Of a stretch of DNA of 10,144 nucleotides, positions 1-6,988 are shown piece by piece. This DNA comes from Gammaproteobacteria bacterium. Lineage in GTDB: Bacteria; Pseudomonadota; Gammaproteobacteria; UBA4575. The stretch's first letter is position 1, and every line of letters begins with the position of its first letter. A program made the position numbers and the translations under genes. The notes under the pieces were generated by a model. The model was given only the letters and a program-made list of their open reading frames with translations. It was not told the DNA's origin and did no database searches. The stretch lies in contig CBDCTA010000016.1 in the NCBI GenBank assembly GCA_965221955.1, positions 1 through 10,144 of the forward strand, written 5' to 3'.

Positions 1-1804
1 AGAAAACCGTGTTGATATTGGAATTCAAATTATTGAAGGTGATGCTGCTAAGATTAAGCAAGTCAAAGTTGTTGGTAACACCGTTTTTGAAGAAGAAGAT
101 CTAATTGATGACTTCGAATCAGGTTTAAAGCCTTGGTATAAGTTTTGGGGATCTCGAGATCGTTATGCCAAGGAAAAATTACAGGGCGATATTGAAACGT
201 TGCGTTCGCAATATTTGGATGAGGGATATTTGAAATTTGATGTCACTTCTACACAGGTTTCTATCAGTCCAGATAAGGAAGACATCTTTATTACTATTAA
301 TATAGAAGAAGGCGAGCAATATACTATTAATGAGATAAAGCTTGCAGGCAAGTTTATATTTCCTGAGGAAGAAGTAAGGTCGCTTATTAATTTGTCCTCA
401 GGGGATGTATTTTCTCGTGATAAAATTATTCAGTCTACTCAAGCAATAACTAGGAGGCTTGGGGATGAGGGATATGCGTTTCCAAATATAAATCCAGTGC
501 CACAAATTGATGAAGAAACTAAAAACGTTAGTCTCACATTTTTTATTGATCCTGGTAAGCGGATTTATGTGCGAAGAATAAACTTCATTGGACATAAAAC
601 GACTCGGGATGAGGTTTACCGAAGAGAATTACGTCAAATGGAAAGTGGTTGGTATTCTCAAGCTAATGTTGAGGCTTCACGGCACCGTATTCAACGCTTA
701 AGTTATGTTGAGTCGGTTGATATAGAAACACGTAAGATTCCAGGGGTAGATGACTTTGTTGATTTGGATATAGAAATAGAAGAACGTTTGGCAGGTAGTT
801 TTAATGTCGGTGCTGGGTTTTCAGATAGCCAAGGAGTTGTGGCTTCAACAAGTGTTAGTCAAGAAAACTTTTTGGGTACGGGGAAAACGGTTTCTTTTAG
901 GATCAATACTAGTAGAGTGAATACAGTTTATGGTGTTAATTATATAAATCCATATTACACGATTGATGGGGTAAGTAGAGGGTTTGGTTTTAACTTTGTG
1001 TCGACAGAAACAGATGATACGGATATATCGGATTTTGATTCAGACCAATTTGGTTTAAGTGTAAATTACGGGATCCCTCTAACTGAAAATGATCGTATAG
1101 GTGCAACCTTGCAATTACAAAGTACTGAGATCAACACGACCTCTGAAACTCCGCAGGAGGTCCTAGATTTTATTGATGAGAATGATGATGAGTATCTCAA
1201 TCTTACTTTAAATATTGGTTTCTCGCATGATACGCGTAATCGTAGTTTGTTTCCCAGTCAGGGTAATCGTCAGTCTCTAAATTTTGAATTTTCCGTTCCT
1301 GGTAGTGATCTTGAGTTTTATAAATTGAGCTATGAAAATTCGTTTTATTTTCCTCTTAGTGAATTATTCACGTTGTCGTTAGGAGGCGAAATCGGTTATG
1401 GTGACCGTTATGGAAGCACCTCAGATTTGCCATTCTTTGAAAAATTTCGAGCTGGAGGCTTTGACTCAGTGAGGGGCTATGAAAGTAATAGTTTAGGGCC
1501 TAGAGATTCTCGAGATGATACATTTGGTGGAAATTTTGTTTCTACGGCCCGAGCTCAGGTACTTTTTCCTCCTCCATTTATAGAAAACACAAATAGAGCG
1601 CGTTTGGCTTTATTTGTCGATGCAGGGAATGTCTTTGAAGAATTTGATGATTTTGAAACCGGCGAGATTAGAGGGTCCCTTGGATTAGGTCTGAGTTGGA
1701 TAACAGGCTTTGGTGGAATCAGTGCTGCAATTTCATCTCCTTTTAATGATGATTCAGAAGATGATACAGAAACATTTCAATTTAACTTAGGGACAAGTTT
1801 TTAG
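1..1804 (+). CDS. bamA: Outer membrane protein assembly factor BamA (Omp85/YaeT), 5' end outside the window
   Basis: The frame is open from base 2 (ENRVDIGIQIIEGDAAKIKQVKVVGN...), so the track start at 200 (TTG) is internal. It shows POTRA repeats (YLDEGYLKF, LGDEGYAFP, YVRRINFIGHKTTRDEVYRRELRQMES), the barrel start GSFNVGAGFS, the loop-6 motif VRGY and the C-terminal strand FQFNLGTSF. It lies upstream of skp-fabZ-lpxA. Confidence 0.97.
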   Translation, partial: ENRVDIGIQIIEGDAAKIKQVKVVGNTVFEEEDLIDDFESGLKPWYKFWGSRDRYAKEKLQGDIETLRSQYLDEGYLKFDVTSTQVSISPDKEDIFITINIEEGEQYTINEIKLAGKFIFPEEEVRSLINLSSGDVFSRDKIIQSTQAITRRLGDEGYAFPNINPVPQIDEETKNVSLTFFIDPGKRIYVRRINFIGHKTTRDEVYRRELRQMESGWYSQANVEASRHRIQRLSYVESVDIETRKIPGVDDFVDLDIEIEERLAGSFNVGAGFSDSQGVVASTSVSQENFLGTGKTVSFRINTSRVNTVYGVNYINPYYTIDGVSRGFGFNFVSTETDDTDISDFDSDQFGLSVNYGIPLTENDRIGATLQLQSTEINTTSETPQEVLDFIDENDDEYLNLTLNIGFSHDTRNRSLFPSQGNRQSLNFEFSVPGSDLEFYKLSYENSFYFPLSELFTLSLGGEIGYGDRYGSTSDLPFFEKFRAGGFDSVRGYESNSLGPRDSRDDTFGGNFVSTARAQVLFPPPFIENTNRARLALFVDAGNVFEEFDDFETGEIRGSLGLGLSWITGFGGISAAISSPFNDDSEDDTETFQFNLGTSF

Positions 1805-1807
1805 TTT

Positions 1808-1815
1808 AGGAGAGG
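1808..1815 (+). promoter_or_regulatory. Shine-Dalgarno site for skp
   Basis: AGGAGAGG ends 9 nt upstream of the ATG at 1825. Confidence 0.8.
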
Positions 1816-1824
1816 CCTTTATAA

Positions 1825-2328
1825 ATGATTAGTAAGATAATAAGAGTTTTGGCTATAGTTGTTTTATTAAGTCCAATTGGCGCTATGGCTGAAACCAAAA
1901 TAGGTTTCGTCAATATGGTGGAGCTCATGGAGAAATCTCCTCAAGCAGAAGTAGCCCGCAAAGGTTTGGAAGAAGAGTTTTCTAGCCGTGATAAAAAACT
2001 CACAGCAGTGCGTGATCAAGTTTTGAAGCTTGAAGAAGAGCTTAAAAATGATGGGCCTATTATGAGTGACACAAAGCGAGCTGAGCTTGAAAAGAAAATT
2101 TTAAATAGCAAGCGAGAATACAATCGTCAGCAAGATGAGTTAAGAGAGGATTTCAATATCCGCCGTAATGAAGAGCTTGGTAAGTTGCAAAAAAAAGTGC
2201 ATGAAATAATCGTTATTGTGGCTAAGGCAGAGAGTTATGACTTGGTGGTCACGCAACCAGTACTTTATGCAAGTGAACGAATTGATTTAACTGCGCGAGT
2301 TTTGCAAGAAATGCAAAAACCTCAATAA
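1825..2328 (+). CDS. skp: Periplasmic OMP chaperone Skp/OmpH
   Basis: Signal peptide ending ...IGAMA, then ETKIGFVNM, a long charged coiled-coil, and a C-terminal YDLVV...LYASERIDLT. The 167 aa length and position directly after bamA fit Skp. Confidence 0.93.
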   Translation: MISKIIRVLAIVVLLSPIGAMAETKIGFVNMVELMEKSPQAEVARKGLEEEFSSRDKKLTAVRDQVLKLEEELKNDGPIMSDTKRAELEKKILNSKREYNRQQDELREDFNIRRNEELGKLQKKVHEIIVIVAKAESYDLVVTQPVLYASERIDLTARVLQEMQKPQ

Positions 2329-2354
2329 CTTACAAATAGTTGGGTATAAATAAA

Positions 2355-2807
2355 ATGGCGGAAATGAGTATCCACGATATTCTAAAGTACCTACCTCATC
2401 GCTATCCATTTTTACTAGTTGATCGTGTATTAAATTATGAAATAGGTAAGTCCGTTTTAGCGATTAAAAATGTAAGTTGTAATGAGCCTTTTTTTCAAGG
2501 ACATTTCCCCGAAGCACCAGTAATGCCAGGTGTTTTAATCCTCGAAGCACTTGCCCAAGCATCTGGTCTATTAGCGCTTAGCAATCCGGAGTGGCGCCCA
2601 GAAGATGAAAGTTTGTATTTGTTTGTTGGCATAGATAAAGCGCGTTTTAAACGCCAAGTTGGGCCTGGTGATCAATTGACTTTAGATGTGCGTTTGAAAA
2701 GACATAAGAGAGGATATGGTGTTTTTGAAGCGGTAGCATTAGTTGGAGACGAAGTGGCTGCAAGTGCTGAATTGATGTGTGTGTTTAAGGAAGTTGAAAC
2801 AAGTTAA
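2355..2807 (+). CDS. fabZ: 3-hydroxyacyl-ACP dehydratase FabZ
   Basis: Motifs [42 protein letters not shown] and [14 protein letters not shown] prefer ATG 2355 over the track's TTG 2340; ATG 2364 is also possible. Confidence 0.96.
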   Translation: MAEMSIHDILKYLPHRYPFLLVDRVLNYEIGKSVLAIKNVSCNEPFFQGHFPEAPVMPGVLILEALAQASGLLALSNPEWRPEDESLYLFVGIDKARFKRQVGPGDQLTLDVRLKRHKRGYGVFEAVALVGDEVAASAELMCVFKEVETS

Positions 2808-2816
2808 CTCTAAACT

Positions 2817-3623
2817 ATGCGTAATTCTTCGTTGATGGTTGACGAGATGGCAGGGATTCACCCTACTGCGATTGTTGACCCAAACGCCGAGATAGATTCA
2901 AATGTATCTATTGGTGCTTATAGTATTGTTGGTGCGGGTGTAAAAATAGCAAGCAATACAACGATTGGACCTCACGTAGTTCTCAGTGGGCCGACTACAA
3001 TTGGAAAAGACAACCGTATTTTTCAATTTTCCTCTATCGGTGAAATTCCTCAAGATAAAAAATATCGTGGAGAAAATAGTGAATTAATTATTGGTGACGG
3101 AAATACAATTCGTGAATATGTAACGATAAATCGTGGCACTGAAGAAGACCAAGGGTTTACAAGAATTGGCGATCGAAATTGGATTATGGCGTATGTGCAT
3201 ATCGCACATGATTGTAATGTAAATAGTGATATTACTTTTGCAAATGGTGCGACTTTAGCCGGTCATGTAACAGTGGGAGATTTTGCAATACTTGGTGGCT
3301 TTACTTTAGTACATCAATTTTGCCATATTGGCGAACATTCATTTTGCGCCATGGGTACGGCCTTAAATAGAGACTTACCCCCTTACGTGATGGCGTCTGG
3401 AAATTATGCAAACACACATGGTTTGAATAAAGAAGGCCTCAGGCGCAGAGGTTTTTCTGAAGATTGTATTCAAGCCTTGCATAAATCTTACAAACTATTA
3501 GTACGTAGTAAACAACCAAAAAGTGAAAAAATAGACGAAGTAAAAAAACTTGCTGAGCAGTATCCAGAAGTAAAACGTTTTATGGAGTTTATTGAATCAA
3601 GTAAACGCGGGATTGCTCAATAG
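2817..3623 (+). CDS. lpxA: Acyl-ACP--UDP-N-acetylglucosamine (or UDP-GlcNAc3N) acyltransferase LpxA
   Basis: Hexapeptide repeats (IHPTAIVDPNAEI...), PQDKKY, IREYVTINRGT, catalytic HIAHDC, LAGHV, VHQF, DLPPY and GLNKEGLRRRGF. The true start may be ATG 2835 (MVDEMAGIHPTA) or 2847. Confidence 0.97.
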   Translation: MRNSSLMVDEMAGIHPTAIVDPNAEIDSNVSIGAYSIVGAGVKIASNTTIGPHVVLSGPTTIGKDNRIFQFSSIGEIPQDKKYRGENSELIIGDGNTIREYVTINRGTEEDQGFTRIGDRNWIMAYVHIAHDCNVNSDITFANGATLAGHVTVGDFAILGGFTLVHQFCHIGEHSFCAMGTALNRDLPPYVMASGNYANTHGLNKEGLRRRGFSEDCIQALHKSYKLLVRSKQPKSEKIDEVKKLAEQYPEVKRFMEFIESSKRGIAQ

Positions 3624-3629
3624 TTTGAT
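3602..3629. repeat. Left arm of a degenerate inverted repeat (partner 6953-6978)
   Basis: Its reverse complement ATCAAACTATTGAGC-AATCCCGCGTTTA aligns by eye to ATCAA--TATTTAGCCAATCGCGC-TTTA: 23 of 29 columns identical, 3 gaps. Confidence 0.35.
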
Positions 3630-4789
3630 TATTTGGCTGAAATTAAATTAGCTGCAATTCGTGCCGTAGCGGCTGAGCCATCTTTTTCCCCAAGCATGTC
3701 TTTAACCTCTGTCATGTTTTTTTTCATATCATTTACATACTCTTGATCGCTCAATAATTTTTGTAGTTCAGTCGTTATATTTTTCGCGGTAGCGCGATCT
3801 TGAATGAATTCTCGGATTATTTCTCTTTTGGCAATAACATTTGTAATTCCTGCATAAGTAAATTTCACTATTCTTTTTAGGATGCGGTAAGTAGTAGGGG
3901 AAATTCTATAAATAATCAGCATGGGGGTTTGCATAAGTGTAATTTGCAGGGTAACTGTGCCTGATGCAGCAGCGATCGCGTCGCATGCATTGATGACATT
4001 GTAAATATTGTCAGAGGTCGTGTGTATCGTTACTCTACTATTAGAAATGTGTTGCTGAATCAAGCCTTTTGGCAGCGTGTAAGCAATAGGCGTGACAAAT
4101 TGTACATCATTTCTTTGTTGGGCCAAGGTTTTAGCAGTCTCTAATAACACGGGAAAGTTATTTTCAATTTCGCTTACACGACTACCTGGAAATAAACCCA
4201 CTAATTTTTTATTAGGGTCTAAATTCATAGAAGTAAAAAAACTTTCTTTATCTGCTGTTGCTTTTGCCTCTTTAATGAGTGGATGTCCAACATATTCTAC
4301 AGGCACACCTGCATCGAGGTAAAACTGTTTTTCAAAAGGAAATACCACAGCCATCATATCGACATGTTTTTGTATGAGTTTGATGCGATTTTTTCTCCAT
4401 GCCCATATTTGTGGGCTGATGTAGTAAAGCACTTTAATGCCGTATTGTTTTGCGGTTTTGGCCAAGGGTAGATTGAAATCAGGAGAGTCTATGAGGATAA
4501 GAAGGTCGGGGTGCTGTTGTTTTAGTGCGTTTTTTGTTTTGTTTAAAATTTTTCGCAACCTTGGATAGTGCTTAAGTACTTCAACTAAACCTACAACCGA
4601 AAGTTCGCTAACATCTGTGAGTATATGCACACCAGAATGTCGCATATGTTTTCCGCCAATACCGAAATAATTTATATTTGGAATTATTTTTTTAATTTCC
4701 TCAACAACATGCGCACCATGCAAATCTCCAGAGGCTTCACCTGTGACGATCATTATGCTTGAAGTATTATTTTGCTCACTTTTTTTCAT
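3629..4789 (-). CDS. lpxB: Lipid-A-disaccharide synthase LpxB
   Basis: Motifs GEASGDLHG, IDSPDFNL, YYISPQIWAWR, FPFE, YVGHPL, PGSRVSEI and ASGTVTL; 386 aa. Confidence 0.96.
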   Translation of the reverse strand: MKKSEQNNTSSIMIVTGEASGDLHGAHVVEEIKKIIPNINYFGIGGKHMRHSGVHILTDVSELSVVGLVEVLKHYPRLRKILNKTKNALKQQHPDLLILIDSPDFNLPLAKTAKQYGIKVLYYISPQIWAWRKNRIKLIQKHVDMMAVVFPFEKQFYLDAGVPVEYVGHPLIKEAKATADKESFFTSMNLDPNKKLVGLFPGSRVSEIENNFPVLLETAKTLAQQRNDVQFVTPIAYTLPKGLIQQHISNSRVTIHTTSDNIYNVINACDAIAAASGTVTLQITLMQTPMLIIYRISPTTYRILKRIVKFTYAGITNVIAKREIIREFIQDRATAKNITTELQKLLSDQEYVNDMKKNMTEVKDMLGEKDGSAATARIAANLISAK

Positions 4790-4796
4790 GCGCGAG

Positions 4797-5885
4797 CTAA
4801 ATACTCTTCACAGTATCTACCACATGATTAATTTGCTCGTCCGTCATTTCAGGAAATATCGGTAAAGAAATGCATTTCGAACAAATATACTGTGTGTTTT
4901 TTAGACTTTCTGAGTGTGAATTTGAACTGAAAGCAGCTTGTTCGGATAGTGGTAACGAGTAATAAATAGCATGTCCAATGTTTTCGGTTTGTAGTCGCTT
5001 GGATATTTCATCACGTAAGTTGCTTAACACAGTGTATTGATGGAAAACATGAGACATATTTTCTTCAAATGTAGGTGTTTGAATGCCAGTGTTTTCAAGC
5101 AGTTGGTTGTATTTTTTTGCTACTGCAATTCTTTTGCGATTAAATTCATCAATATATTTGAGTTTGATTCGTAAAATTGCAGCTTGTATTTCATCGAGTC
5201 GACTATTCCAGCCAATAATCTCATGTTGATTGCGTACTTTGCTGCCATGTAATTTTAGTAGTTTAAAATGCTCGGCTATTTCGTCTGAATTAGTCGTAAA
5301 CAAACCACCATCTCCATAGCAACCTAGGTTTTTACTAGGAAAAAAACTAAAGCATCCCGTGTCTCCAAAAGTACCTGTTTGTTGTGTCCCAATGCGAGCT
5401 CCAAATGATTGCGCACAGTCTTCAATAATCTTTAAATTGTACTCGCTCGCAATTTTAGTAATGGCTGGCATATCTGCTACCTGTCCAAAGATATGTACAG
5501 GTAAAATTGCTTTGGTTTTGTTGGTAATGGCAGCTTCAATAGTTTCAGCAGTAATATTAAATGTGATGGGATTAATGTCTACAAACACTGGTGTAGCACC
5601 CACATAGCAAATAGCTTCAGCGGTTGCTGCGAAGGTAAAAGCAGTAGTGATCACTTCGTCCCCCTCACCAATGTTGCAAGCACGTAGAGCTAGATGCAAT
5701 GCATCGGTCCCCGAGTTACATGAAATTGCGTGTTTGACGCCTAGGTATTGCGCAGCTTCGGTTTCAAACTGAGTAACGTTAGGCCCCATGATGAAATGCG
5801 TACTGTCTAAAACACTTGCAATAGCAATATCTATTTCATTTTTCAGCATCGCATGTTGCAATTTCAAATCAAGCATAGGAATCAT
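4797..5885 (-). CDS. gnnB: DegT/DnrJ/EryC1/StrS-family PLP aminotransferase; by context GnnB (UDP-3-keto-GlcNAc transaminase)
   Basis: Motifs NSGTDALHLAL, PVFVDI, IEDCAQSFGA, the PLP-lysine motif SFFPSKNLGCYGDGG, NSRLDEIQAA and SLPIFPEM. The family call is firm; the GnnB call rests on its position between a Gfo/Idh/MocA gene and lpxB. Confidence 0.85.
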   Translation of the reverse strand: MIPMLDLKLQHAMLKNEIDIAIASVLDSTHFIMGPNVTQFETEAAQYLGVKHAISCNSGTDALHLALRACNIGEGDEVITTAFTFAATAEAICYVGATPVFVDINPITFNITAETIEAAITNKTKAILPVHIFGQVADMPAITKIASEYNLKIIEDCAQSFGARIGTQQTGTFGDTGCFSFFPSKNLGCYGDGGLFTTNSDEIAEHFKLLKLHGSKVRNQHEIIGWNSRLDEIQAAILRIKLKYIDEFNRKRIAVAKKYNQLLENTGIQTPTFEENMSHVFHQYTVLSNLRDEISKRLQTENIGHAIYYSLPLSEQAAFSSNSHSESLKNTQYICSKCISLPIFPEMTDEQINHVVDTVKSI

Positions 5886-5936
5886 AATGAGGTCTTTGAG
5901 GTAATGTTAAAGTGATTGATAGCTAGGTAACTAAAC

Positions 5937-6869
5937 TTAAGTTAATAACTCGCTGATTTCAATTGCGGTTTGTAATGCACGTTTCGCATCATGTCCAGTT
6001 ACTTTGGGGGAAGATTTAGTTTCTATACAATGCAGAAAGTGTTCAATTTCAGATAGTAATGCATCGGCTTGAGCAAAAGTATTTTTTTCTATATCGATAT
6101 TGGGAACACCAGGATACATTTCACCATTACCTTTGCGATAGGTGGCGAGCTCACGATTTTGAAAATCAACAGAGAGATAAGCATCATGTTGAAAAATTCG
6201 CATCTTACGATCTGATTTATTGCTTACTCGGCTAGCGGTAACATTTGCAACGCAGCCATTTTCAAAAACAATGCGTGCATTGGCAATATCAATGTCGCTA
6301 GAAAGAACGGATGTACCGCTAGCGTCAATTTTTTCGACTTCTGAATCGACAATGTCTAAAATAATATCGATATCATGGATCATTAAATCAAGTATCACAC
6401 TGACTTCTGTACCGCGTGGGTTATAAGGTGCAAGACGATGGGATTCGATAAAATGAATTTGGGAAGTTTCTTTTTCAATAGCAAGAATGGCGGGATTAAA
6501 TCGTTCGAGGTGACCTACTTGTAAAATTCTATTATTGGTCTGTGCTAATTCAATCAGTTGATCAGCTTGTTCGACTGTTGTAGTGATTGGTTTTTCTACT
6601 AATACATGAGTTTGGTGTTTTAGGAAATCAGACGCAATTTCATAATGTAAGTCCGTGGGGACAACAATGCTAACAGCATCGATTTGACCAAGTAATTCAC
6701 GATAATCAGTGTATGCTTTGCAACCAACTTCTCTTGCGACCTCTTGTGCGTTGTTAAGTTCTTTATCAACAACAGCGAGTAACTTGCTGTTTTTTAATTT
6801 TGAATATTTTTGTGCATGAAATTTGCCTAAATATCCAACACCTATTACGGCGGTTCGTATCGCTGACAC
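5937..6869 (-). CDS. gnnA: Gfo/Idh/MocA-family NAD-dependent oxidoreductase; by context GnnA (UDP-GlcNAc 3-dehydrogenase)
   Basis: Rossmann motif VIGVGYLGKFHA, VLVEKP, VGHLERFNP, DLMIHDID and ANVTASRVS. GTG start. Co-oriented with the aminotransferase and lpxB. Confidence 0.87.
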   Translation of the reverse strand: MSAIRTAVIGVGYLGKFHAQKYSKLKNSKLLAVVDKELNNAQEVAREVGCKAYTDYRELLGQIDAVSIVVPTDLHYEIASDFLKHQTHVLVEKPITTTVEQADQLIELAQTNNRILQVGHLERFNPAILAIEKETSQIHFIESHRLAPYNPRGTEVSVILDLMIHDIDIILDIVDSEVEKIDASGTSVLSSDIDIANARIVFENGCVANVTASRVSNKSDRKMRIFQHDAYLSVDFQNRELATYRKGNGEMYPGVPNIDIEKNTFAQADALLSEIEHFLHCIETKSSPKVTGHDAKRALQTAIEISELLT

Positions 6870-6896
6870 TAGTTTTTAGGTATCCTTTTAAATCAA

Positions 6897-6908
6897 GCGC
6901 GCAGTATA
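6897..6908 (-). promoter_or_regulatory. Candidate sigma70 promoter (-10 plus discriminator) for gnnA-gnnB-lpxB
   Basis: The minus strand reads TATACT-GCGCGC (-10 at 6903-6908), about 33 nt upstream of the gnnA GTG, with AAAAGGA in the leader. No convincing -35 is visible. Confidence 0.5.
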
Positions 6909-6952
6909 CGAAGTTTTATCTACTAAGACCTAACATTCATCGTGCGCTATAG

Positions 6953-6978
6953 ATCAATATTTAGCCAATCGCGCTTTA
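6953..6978. repeat. Right arm of a degenerate inverted repeat (partner 3602-3629)
   Basis: Same alignment as the left arm. It lies in the gnnA/rnhB divergent spacer, outside the candidate gnnA promoter. Confidence 0.35.
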
Positions 6979-6988
6979 GTGAAATTAA

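Noticed and set aside
163-595. Minus-strand ORFs 163-351 and 398-595
   Set aside because: Short antisense shadows of bamA with no recognisable motifs.
2189-2196. A8 run in skp (and T runs in lpxB) as phase-variation tracts
   Set aside because: They are in-frame Lys/Gln codons, short and expected at this AT content; the genes are intact.
3634-3654. Weak hairpin GGCTGA...TTAGCT just past the lpxA stop as a terminator
   Set aside because: The stem is only about 6 bp with G-U pairs and no U-tract, and it lies within lpxB coding sequence.
4092-6426. Plus-strand ORFs 4092-4322, 4283-4471, 5359-5607 and 6220-6426
   Set aside because: Antisense to well-conserved lpxB, gnnB and gnnA, with no motifs.
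4797-6869. Reading the dehydrogenase/aminotransferase pair as an O-antigen sugar locus (WbpB/WbpE-like)
   Set aside because: No acetyltransferase, epimerase, O-antigen glycosyltransferase or flippase is nearby; tight linkage to lpxB favours GnnA/GnnB.
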